From Methanocaldococcus sp. 28A (lineage in GTDB: Archaea > AGJL01 > Methanococci > Methanococcales > Methanocaldococcaceae), in NCBI GenBank assembly GCA_049852185.1, contig CP187540.1: 64,000 nt of DNA, one strand, 5' to 3'. The translations under genes were made by a program, and so were the position numbers. The notes under the pieces were generated by a model. That model was not told the DNA's origin. It searched no databases and saw only the letters and a program-made list of their open reading frames with translations. Positions 56,202 to 64,000 of the stretch are shown one piece after another (within the stretch, counting starts at the first letter, position 1; each line of letters starts with the position of its first letter).

Positions 56202-59200
56202 GTGAAAATTATGAAAGATATTTTAAAGAGAGTTTCTGATGTAGTTTGGGAATTACCTAAAGGTTATAAAGAATGTATGAGAGTTCCTGGAAGAATATAT
56301 TTAAATGAGATTCTTTTAGATGAATTAGAGCCAGAGGTTTTAGAACAAATAGCTAATGTAGCTTGTCTTCCAGGAATTTACAAATACTCAATTGCAATGC
56401 CTGATGTGCATTATGGTTATGGGTTCTGCCTTCACCCTGATGCAAAAGTATTAACTGAACATGGTTTCTATTATAAAATAAAAGATTATAAATGTCTAAA
56501 AGATGAAAAAGTTAGAGTTTTCAATACAAAATATAAAAAAATGGAGAGTAGTGATGTTGAAAAGTTCTTCAAATTAAAACCATACTGTAAAGTTTATAGG
56601 GTTAAAACTAAATTAGGATATGAAACAATAGCCACAGAAGACCACCCATTCTATACTCCTTATGGAATGATAGAACTCAAAAACTTAAAAATTGGGGATT
56701 CTATAAGCATATATCCATTTGAAGGTGTTGAGTATGAAGAGCCATCTAATGAAATAATTATTGATAAAAATGATATAATTGAATGTATGGAAAAATTGAA
56801 TTTAAGTGAAAAGAGTAAAGAGGTTATTTTAAGAAAACTAAAAGAGAAAGATTTAATTCCATTAACCTACAATCATAAAAAATTGCCTTACTTATTGAAA
56901 ATTATAGGTTATATCTTTGGAGACGGCTATATGAACTTCATAGGAAAAAGAAAAGATGGAATAATTCAATTTTCTTCAAAAAATCCAAATGACTTAGAGG
57001 AGATTAGAAAAGATATTATAAAATTAGGATACACTCCTTCAAAAGTTTATGAAAAGAATAATTGCTACTTCTTTATAGTAAATTCCACAAGTTTATTAGT
57101 TTATCTCTATACTTTGGGGGTTCCAATAGGAAACAAGACATTAAAAGAATATGAGTTTCCAGAATGGATATTCAAATGTAAATTATGGCAGAAGAGGCTG
57201 TTCTTAGCGTCATTCTTTGGAGCAGAGTTGAGAAAACCATATCCAAGAAAAGATAGAAAAGCCATCTTTACTTCTCCAACATTAGAAATGTCTAAAGATG
57301 TAAAAATTAAAGAAGATGCTCTAAAATTCTTAGGAAATATTATCAAATTGTTAAGTGAATTTGGTATTGAAGCAACAATTAAAAAGAGAAATTCAACACA
57401 TAAAAGAAAAGATGGTGTAGAGACAGTTAGATATATTTTAACAATAAATGGAACATCTAAAAACTTAATAAATCTATGGTCTAAGATTGGCTATGAATAC
57501 AATAGAGAGAGACAAGAACTCGGATGTTATGCAGTGGCATATTTAATGTATAGAGAGTTAGAACTCAATAGAAAAAAGAAACTCGTAGAAAAAGTAAAAG
57601 AGTTATTTGAAAAAGGAAAAAAACCTTCAGAAATTATAAAACTATTAAATGTAGATAAATCTGATAAGAGATTTATTAAGGATATTTGGAATAAATTGAA
57701 AAATGGAAAGGACATTAATGAGATAAGAATTTCCTCAAAATTCCCAAGATTTGAAGAATTTATTAGAGAGAAAAAAGTTGGTGATGGATTAATTTGGGAT
57801 GAGATTGAAAGTATGGAGGAAGTTAATGACATAGAGGAGGTTTATGACTTCACTATAAACCATAAGGACCATAACTTTATAGCAGATAACTTCTTAGTTT
57901 CAAATTGTATTGGAGGAGTGGCGGCTTTTGACCAGAAAGAGGGAGTTATAAGCCCTGGAGGAGTAGGTTTTGATATAAATTGCCTTACTCCAGATACAAA
58001 AATATTAACAGAAGACGGATATTTCATAAAATTGGAAAAACTAAAAGAAAAATTAGATTTGTATGTTAAGATTTATAACACAGAAGAAGGAAAAGAAAAA
58101 TCTTCTAACATATTATTTGTTTCTGAAAGGGTTGCAGAAGAAAAAATAATAAGAATAAAAACAGAATCTGGAAGAATCTTAGAAGGTAGTAAAGACCATC
58201 CAGTTCTGACATTAAATGGCTACGTTCCAGTGGGTATGTTAAAAGAAGGAGATGACATTGTAGTGTATCCATTTGAAGGTGTTGAATATGAGGAGTTATC
58301 AGATGAAGTAATATTGGATGAGGAAGATTTTGCAGATTGTGATAAACAAATTATCAAATACCTAAAAGATAGGGATTTGTTGCCATTTAAAATGAACAAT
58401 AAAAATATTGGGATTATTGCAAGGTTGTTGGGCTTTGCTTATGGAGATGGAAGTATAGTTAAAGAAAATGGAGGTAAATTATATTTAGCATTCTATGGAA
58501 AGAAAGAAACACTTATTAAAATTAAAGAAGATTTAGAGAAATTGAAAGTAAAATCTTCAAAAATATATTCAAGGAAGAGAGAAGTTGAGATAAAAAATGC
58601 TTATGGAGATGAATATACAAGTTTATGTAAAAACAACTATATAAAAATAACTTCAAAGGCATTTGCATTGTTTATGCATAAATTAGGAATGCCAATTGGT
58701 AAAAAGACAGAGCAAAAATATAATATTCCAGAGTGGATAAAGAAAGCACCAAAATGGGTAAAGAGGAATTTCTTGGCTGGTTTGTTTGGAGCAGATGGGA
58801 GTAGAGTAGTGTTTAAAAACTACACACCATTGCCAATAAACCTAACAATGTCAAAGAGTGAAGAGTTAAACGATAACATTTTAGAGTTTTTAAATGAAAT
58901 TAAGCATTTGTTGAAAGAGTTTGAAATTGAAAGTGTAATTTATGAGATAAAATCCTTAGATGGAAGAGTTTCATATAGATTAGCAATTGTTGAAGAAGAG
59001 AGTATAAGAAACTTCTTAGGAAAAATAAACTATGAATATGCAGAAGAAAAGAAAGTTATTGGGTTATTATCTTATGAATACTTAAAGAGAAAAGATGCTA
59101 TAAAAGAGATAAGAAGGAAATGCATTGAAAAAGCAAAAGACCTATATGAAGAAGGATTATCCATTTCAGAAATTTTAAAAATGGATGAATTCAGAAATGA

Positions 59201-60593
59201 GTATATAAACAGGAGGTTAATTGAAAGAGCAATATATGGAATGTTAGATGGAGAGGATGTAAGGGTTTCAACAAAATTCCCAAAGTTTGAAGAATTCATT
59301 AAAAAGTATGGGGTTGGAGGAGGGTTTGTAATAGATAAGATAAAGAAAATTGAAGAGATTCCTTATGATTCAAAATTATATGATGTTGGAATTGTAAGTA
59401 AGGAACACAACTTTATAGCAAATAATATAGTTGTCCATAACTGTGGAGTTAGATTAATAAGAACTAATTTAACAAAAGATGAAGTAGAACCAAAAATAAA
59501 AGAGCTTATAAAAACATTATTTAAAAATGTCCCCTCTGGTTTAGGTAGTAAAGGGATTGTAAGGTTCAGTAAAAGTATTATGGATGATGTTTTAGAAGAG
59601 GGAGTTAGATGGGCTGTCAGAGAAGGTTATGGTTGGAAAGAAGATTTAGAGTTTATTGAAGAACATGGCTGCTTAAAAGATGCAGACGCATCATATGTAT
59701 CAGATAAAGCAAAAGAGAGAGGAAGAGTTCAATTAGGTAGCTTAGGTAGTGGTAATCACTTTTTAGAAGTGCAATATGTTGAGAGAGTATTTGATGAAGA
59801 AGCTGCAGAAATTTATGGAATAGAGGAAAATCAAGTCGTTGTTATGGTGCATACCGGTTCTCGTGGGCTTGGACATCAAATATGTACTGATTATTTAAGA
59901 ATTTTAGAGAAAGCAGCTAAGAACTATGGAATAAAGTTGCCAGATAGACAATTAGCATGTGCTCCATTTGAATCAGAAGAAGGGCAGAGTTACTTTAAGG
60001 CAATGTGTTGTGGAGCTAATTATGCATGGGCAAATAGGCAGATGATTACACACTGGGTTAGAGAGAGCTTTGAGGAAGTATTTAAAATACATGCTGAGGA
60101 TTTAGAGATGAGTATAGTTTATGACGTAGCTCACAACATTGCCAAAAAGGAGGAACACATAATAGATGGAAGAAAAGTTAAAGTTGTAGTTCATAGAAAA
60201 GGAGCTACAAGGGCATTTCCACCAGGGCACGAGGCGATTCCAAAAGAATATAGAGAAGTAGGACAGCCAGTTATTATTCCAGGAGATATGGGAACAGCTT
60301 CATATTTAATGAGAGGAACAGAAATAGCTATGAAAGAAACTTTTGGTTCAACAGCTCATGGTGCAGGAAGAAAGTTGAGCAGAGCTAAAGCTTTAAAGCT
60401 ATGGAAAGGTAAAGAAATACAAAGAAAATTAGCTGAGATGGGAATAATTGCTATGAGTGATTCAAAGGCTGTTATGGCTGAAGAAGCACCAGAGGCATAT
60501 AAGAATATTGATTTAGTTGCAGATACATGCCATAGAGCAGGAATATCTTTAAAAGTAGCAAGAATGAGACCATTAGGAGTTATTAAAGGATAA
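56202..60593 (+). CDS. rtcB: RNA-splicing ligase RtcB with two inteins (about 480 aa after splicing)
   Basis: [64 protein letters not shown]. Confidence 0.97.
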   Translation: MKIMKDILKRVSDVVWELPKGYKECMRVPGRIYLNEILLDELEPEVLEQIANVACLPGIYKYSIAMPDVHYGYGFCLHPDAKVLTEHGFYYKIKDYKCLKDEKVRVFNTKYKKMESSDVEKFFKLKPYCKVYRVKTKLGYETIATEDHPFYTPYGMIELKNLKIGDSISIYPFEGVEYEEPSNEIIIDKNDIIECMEKLNLSEKSKEVILRKLKEKDLIPLTYNHKKLPYLLKIIGYIFGDGYMNFIGKRKDGIIQFSSKNPNDLEEIRKDIIKLGYTPSKVYEKNNCYFFIVNSTSLLVYLYTLGVPIGNKTLKEYEFPEWIFKCKLWQKRLFLASFFGAELRKPYPRKDRKAIFTSPTLEMSKDVKIKEDALKFLGNIIKLLSEFGIEATIKKRNSTHKRKDGVETVRYILTINGTSKNLINLWSKIGYEYNRERQELGCYAVAYLMYRELELNRKKKLVEKVKELFEKGKKPSEIIKLLNVDKSDKRFIKDIWNKLKNGKDINEIRISSKFPRFEEFIREKKVGDGLIWDEIESMEEVNDIEEVYDFTINHKDHNFIADNFLVSNCIGGVAAFDQKEGVISPGGVGFDINCLTPDTKILTEDGYFIKLEKLKEKLDLYVKIYNTEEGKEKSSNILFVSERVAEEKIIRIKTESGRILEGSKDHPVLTLNGYVPVGMLKEGDDIVVYPFEGVEYEELSDEVILDEEDFADCDKQIIKYLKDRDLLPFKMNNKNIGIIARLLGFAYGDGSIVKENGGKLYLAFYGKKETLIKIKEDLEKLKVKSSKIYSRKREVEIKNAYGDEYTSLCKNNYIKITSKAFALFMHKLGMPIGKKTEQKYNIPEWIKKAPKWVKRNFLAGLFGADGSRVVFKNYTPLPINLTMSKSEELNDNILEFLNEIKHLLKEFEIESVIYEIKSLDGRVSYRLAIVEEESIRNFLGKINYEYAEEKKVIGLLSYEYLKRKDAIKEIRRKCIEKAKDLYEEGLSISEILKMDEFRNEYINRRLIERAIYGMLDGEDVRVSTKFPKFEEFIKKYGVGGGFVIDKIKKIEEIPYDSKLYDVGIVSKEHNFIANNIVVHNCGVRLIRTNLTKDEVEPKIKELIKTLFKNVPSGLGSKGIVRFSKSIMDDVLEEGVRWAVREGYGWKEDLEFIEEHGCLKDADASYVSDKAKERGRVQLGSLGSGNHFLEVQYVERVFDEEAAEIYGIEENQVVVMVHTGSRGLGHQICTDYLRILEKAAKNYGIKLPDRQLACAPFESEEGQSYFKAMCCGANYAWANRQMITHWVRESFEEVFKIHAEDLEMSIVYDVAHNIAKKEEHIIDGRKVKVVVHRKGATRAFPPGHEAIPKEYREVGQPVIIPGDMGTASYLMRGTEIAMKETFGSTAHGAGRKLSRAKALKLWKGKEIQRKLAEMGIIAMSDSKAVMAEEAPEAYKNIDLVADTCHRAGISLKVARMRPLGVIKG
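56427..57905 (+). mobile_element. RtcB intein 1 (493 aa, LAGLIDADG)
   Basis: CLHPDAKV start, TEDHPF block B, IGYIFGDG and LASFFGAEL, ends VYDFTI...FLVSN/C. Confidence 0.93.
57981..59441 (+). mobile_element. RtcB intein 2 (487 aa, LAGLIDADG) at the catalytic Cys
   Basis: CLTPDTKI start, SKDHPV block B, LGFAYGDG and LAGLFGADG, ends IVVHN/C. Confidence 0.95.
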
Positions 60594-60747
60594 ATCCTTC
60601 TATTTATTTCTATTTATTTTTAGGTGTAAGTTTTAAATAGGATTAATAATTATTTTAGCATAACATCATTATAGATTTTATGTTTTTACTTTTTTATTAA
60701 TTTATTAACCAAAGATATGATTTTTTAAATCTCAAAAAGGTGAAACT

Positions 60748-61572
60748 ATGGCTAATAACTTAGAAATTAAAGATTTAGAAAAAATAGCAAAAAAAGTTAG
60801 ATATAATATTGTAAAAATGGTTGGCTTAGCAAAGTCGGGGCATCCTGGAGGAAGCTTATCTGCAACTGATATTATAGTGGCTTTATACTTCAAATTAATG
60901 AACTACGACCCAAAAAATCCATATAAAAAAGATAGAGATAGATTTGTTTTAAGTAAGGGACATGCTGCTCCAGCATTATATGCTGTTTTGGCTGAGTTGG
61001 GGATAATAGAAGAAGATGACCTATGGAAATTAAGGAGATTAGAAGGAAAGTTGCAAGGGCACCCTTCAATGGATATACCAGGAGTTGAGATTTGTACAGG
61101 TTCATTAGGACAAGGATTTTCAGCAGCAGTTGGAATGGCTTTGGGATGTAAGTTAGATAAGTTAAATAATTATGTTTATGTTTTGTTAGGAGATGGAGAA
61201 TGTCAAGAGGGCATTGTATGGGAAGCGGCAATGGCAGCAGCCCACTACAAGTTAGATAACTTAATTGCATTTATTGATAGAAATAAATTACAGATTGATG
61301 GATGCACAGAAGATGTTATGAGTTTGGGAGATATAAAAGCTAAGTTTGAAGCATTTGGATGGGATGTTTTTGAGATAGATGGACATAACTTTGAAGAAAT
61401 TATAAATACTGTTGAAAAAGCTAAAAATCTAAAAAATGGAAAGCCAAAGATGATTATTGCTTATACAATTAAAGGTAAGGGAGTTTCATTCATGGAGAAT
61501 AATGTAGCTTTCCATGGAAAAGCTCCAAATGAAGAGCAGTTAAAACAAGCATTAGAAGAGTTGAAATGTTAA
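60748..61572 (+). CDS. Transketolase N-terminal (TPP-binding) subunit
   Basis: [37 protein letters not shown]. Confidence 0.95.
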   Translation: MANNLEIKDLEKIAKKVRYNIVKMVGLAKSGHPGGSLSATDIIVALYFKLMNYDPKNPYKKDRDRFVLSKGHAAPALYAVLAELGIIEEDDLWKLRRLEGKLQGHPSMDIPGVEICTGSLGQGFSAAVGMALGCKLDKLNNYVYVLLGDGECQEGIVWEAAMAAAHYKLDNLIAFIDRNKLQIDGCTEDVMSLGDIKAKFEAFGWDVFEIDGHNFEEIINTVEKAKNLKNGKPKMIIAYTIKGKGVSFMENNVAFHGKAPNEEQLKQALEELKC

Positions 61573-61649
61573 AATATGGAGAGTAATAATAGTTTTAAAT
61601 TAATAATTTAGTTGTTAATTATTTTATTAATTGCTTTTTGGTGGTTTAA

Positions 61650-62363
61650 ATGATTAAAATTGGAGCCTCAATATTATCTGCAGATTTTGGTCATCTAAAG
61701 GAAGAGATTAGGAAAGCTGAAAAAGCTGGAGTAGATTTTTTCCATGTTGATATGATGGATGGGCATTTTGTTCCAAATATAAGTATGGGGATTGGGATTG
61801 CAAAGCATGTTAAAAAATTAACAAACCTCCCTATTGATGTCCATTTAATGGTTGAGAATGTTGATTTATTTATTAATGAATTTGAAGAAATGGATTACAT
61901 AACCTTTCATATAGAGGCTGTAAGATTTCCATTTAGAATTATAAATAAGATTAAAAGCATTGGAGCTAAGCCAATAGTTGCTTTAAATCCAGCAACACCT
62001 TTGGATAGAATTGAGTATATTTTAGATGAAGTTTATGGAGTTTTAGTTATGACTGTTGAACCTGGATTTTCTGGACAGAAGTTTATTCCAGTGATGACAA
62101 AAAAGATTAGGAAATTGAAGAGCATGATTGTTGAAAATGGTTATGATACAAAAATCTTTGTTGATGGAGGGATAAATGTTGAAACAGCCCCATTGGCAGT
62201 AAAAGCTGGAGCAGATGTTTTAGTTGCAGCTTCAGCAATATTTGGAAAAGATGATGTTAAAACAGCAGTTAAAAACTTAAGAGAAGCTGCTCTAAAAGCT
62301 TTAAATATAGAAAATCAGAATTTTTCAACAAAAAGTGTAGATATTAATGAAGAAACACAGTAA
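61650..62363 (+). CDS. rpe: Ribulose-phosphate 3-epimerase
   Basis: SILSADF, HVDMMDGHFVPN, DVHLMV, MTVEPGFSGQKF, VDGGIN. Confidence 0.97.
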   Translation: MIKIGASILSADFGHLKEEIRKAEKAGVDFFHVDMMDGHFVPNISMGIGIAKHVKKLTNLPIDVHLMVENVDLFINEFEEMDYITFHIEAVRFPFRIINKIKSIGAKPIVALNPATPLDRIEYILDEVYGVLVMTVEPGFSGQKFIPVMTKKIRKLKSMIVENGYDTKIFVDGGINVETAPLAVKAGADVLVAASAIFGKDDVKTAVKNLREAALKALNIENQNFSTKSVDINEETQ

Positions 62364-62397
62364 AAACAAAATAAAAATAATTATTAGGTGAAAAATT

Positions 62398-63348
62398 ATG
62401 GTTAAGTTGAGTGGAGTTTATAAAGGGATGAGAAAAGGTTATGGAGAGACACTGATAGAATTAGGAATGAAATATGAAAATTTAGTGGTTTTGGATGCTG
62501 ATTTATCTGGTTCTACACAAACAGCCATGTTTGCTAAGGAATTCCCAGACAGATTTTTCAATGCAGGAGTTGCTGAACAAAATATGATAGGTATGGCAGC
62601 AGGATTAGCAACAACTGGTAAAATTGTTTTTGCTTCATCATTCTCAATGTTTGCAAGTGGAAGAGCATGGGAAATAATAAGGAATTTAGTGGCATATCCA
62701 AAGTTAAATGTTAAGGTTGTTGCAACACATGCAGGAATTACTGTTGGAGAGGATGGGGCTTCCCACCAAATGTGTGAGGATATAGCTATAATGAGAGCAA
62801 TTCCAAACATGGTTGTTATTGCTCCTACAGATTATTATCACACAAAAAATGTTATTAGAACTATAGCTAATTATAAAGGCCCTGTTTATGTAAGAATGCC
62901 AAGGAGAGACACTGAGATAATTTATGAAAATGAGGAAGAAGCAACATTTGAAATAGGTAAAGGAAAGGTTTTAATTGAAGGAGATGATTTAACTATTATA
63001 GCTACTGGAGAGGAAGTGCCAGAGGCTTTGAGGGCTGCAGAAATTTTAAAAGAAAATGGAATATCAGCTGAGATAGTAGAGATGGCTACAATAAAACCAA
63101 TAGATGAAGTAATAATTAAAAAATCAAAAGATTTTGTTGTTACAGTTGAAGACCACAACATCATTGGCGGTTTAGGAGGGGCTGTTGCTGAGGTAATAGC
63201 TTCAAATGGTTTAAATAAAAGGCTTTTAAGAATAGGAATTAATGATGTATTTGGAAGAAGTGGAAAGGCAGATGAGCTTTTAAAATACTATGGATTAGAT
63301 GGGGAAAGCATAGCTAAGAGAATCTTAAAAGAGATAAAAAAAGATTAG
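62398..63348 (+). CDS. Transketolase C-terminal subunit
   Basis: DADLSGST, GVAEQNM, GEDGASHQ, EDHNIIGGLG. Confidence 0.95.
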   Translation: MVKLSGVYKGMRKGYGETLIELGMKYENLVVLDADLSGSTQTAMFAKEFPDRFFNAGVAEQNMIGMAAGLATTGKIVFASSFSMFASGRAWEIIRNLVAYPKLNVKVVATHAGITVGEDGASHQMCEDIAIMRAIPNMVVIAPTDYYHTKNVIRTIANYKGPVYVRMPRRDTEIIYENEEEATFEIGKGKVLIEGDDLTIIATGEEVPEALRAAEILKENGISAEIVEMATIKPIDEVIIKKSKDFVVTVEDHNIIGGLGGAVAEVIASNGLNKRLLRIGINDVFGRSGKADELLKYYGLDGESIAKRILKEIKKD

Positions 63349-63386
63349 GGCCATTTTAAAAGAGAGCTTTTTATGATTAATTTTTT

Positions 63387-63458
63387 TAAGACTTTTGCAT
63401 ACTATAGATGATATAGGGAAAATATGATGCTTATTATTTATACCTGCGAAAGTCCTAT
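63387..63458. mobile_element. Internally deleted family-1 MITE
   Basis: taagacttttgcat...ctgcgaaagtcctat; keeps half of the hairpin (gggaaaatatgatgc) seen in the 28476 copy. Confidence 0.75.
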
Positions 63459-63484
63459 TATATGAAGCATTTAAATCAACCCAA

Positions 63485-64000
63485 TTATAATAATGGCAAA
63501 GTTTTTCTTAAATCTTTTTCAATCTTATTTATTTCCTCAGCATATTTAATTGCTATCTTTCTCATAACCTCATTAACATTGTTTATTTCCAAATCTTCCA
63601 ATCCAATAATTTTAACATGCTCAGCTCCTTTTGATTTTACATTTATCCCCAAATGTATTTTTGCTGAAACAGTTCCTTTACATGCTATACAAACAGATAA
63701 TTTTTTATCCTCAAAGTATAAATCATCCCCATCTCTTTTTAATCTTATATTATAACTTTCAATTACTTCCTTAGCTATAAAAACCAACAATCTCTGCCTT
63801 AAATATATTGTCTTTAAATCAATGGCATCAAAATGCTCTACAACAAAATTTATAGCATCTTCTGATTTTATTGGAATCTTTATATTTTTTTCTCTTTTTA
63901 TGTCTTTCAAATCTTTCATATTATCTATAGAGACATTCATCTTTCCTCTAAAAACAACTATGCTATCTTTTTGGACATCAAAGGTTTTAAATGCCCATAA
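63485..64000 (-). CDS. DUF366-family protein (lipoate/biotin ligase-like fold); 5' end outside the window
   Basis: Frame stays open past 63940 (LWAFKTFDVQKDSIVVFRG); FVVEHFD, RQRLL, R.GDDLY...KLSV.IA, HLGIN. Confidence 0.8.
   Translation of the reverse strand, partial: LWAFKTFDVQKDSIVVFRGKMNVSIDNMKDLKDIKREKNIKIPIKSEDAINFVVEHFDAIDLKTIYLRQRLLVFIAKEVIESYNIRLKRDGDDLYFEDKKLSVCIACKGTVSAKIHLGINVKSKGAEHVKIIGLEDLEINNVNEVMRKIAIKYAEEINKIEKDLRKTLPLL

Noticed and set aside
60748-63348. Split transketolase and split rpoA/rpoB as unusual gene fissions
   Set aside because: Normal organisation in Methanococcales

Overview
Low-GC chromosomal segment of a hyperthermophilic methanogen. The gene content and the 16S sequence point to Methanocaldococcus. 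It is mostly core genes: a histone, gatB, nrpR, one 16S-tRNA(Ala)-23S rRNA operon without 5S, cdhABC, truB/cbf5, a compact polyamine cluster, the rpoH-B''-B'-A'-A''-L30e-nusA-S12-S7-EF2 operon, trpBA, NCX, tfrB, rtcB and transketolase/rpe. The blocks are separated by decayed IS remnants of four different families. Features the ORF track does not show: (1) an rtcB gene split by two related LAGLIDADG inteins only 25 codons apart; (2) an unannotated box C/D guide RNA whose two guides both match the 23S rRNA in this window; (3) a family of about 60-160 bp palindromic miniature elements whose terminal repeat also flanks an IS701-like transposase remnant, including a multiply nested copy; (4) scars of a lost second acetyl-CoA synthase gene, a lost ABC transporter and a displaced aminotransferase 3' end. 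No CRISPR array, prophage or defence system was seen. Family assignments rest on motif recognition and recall, not on database searches.
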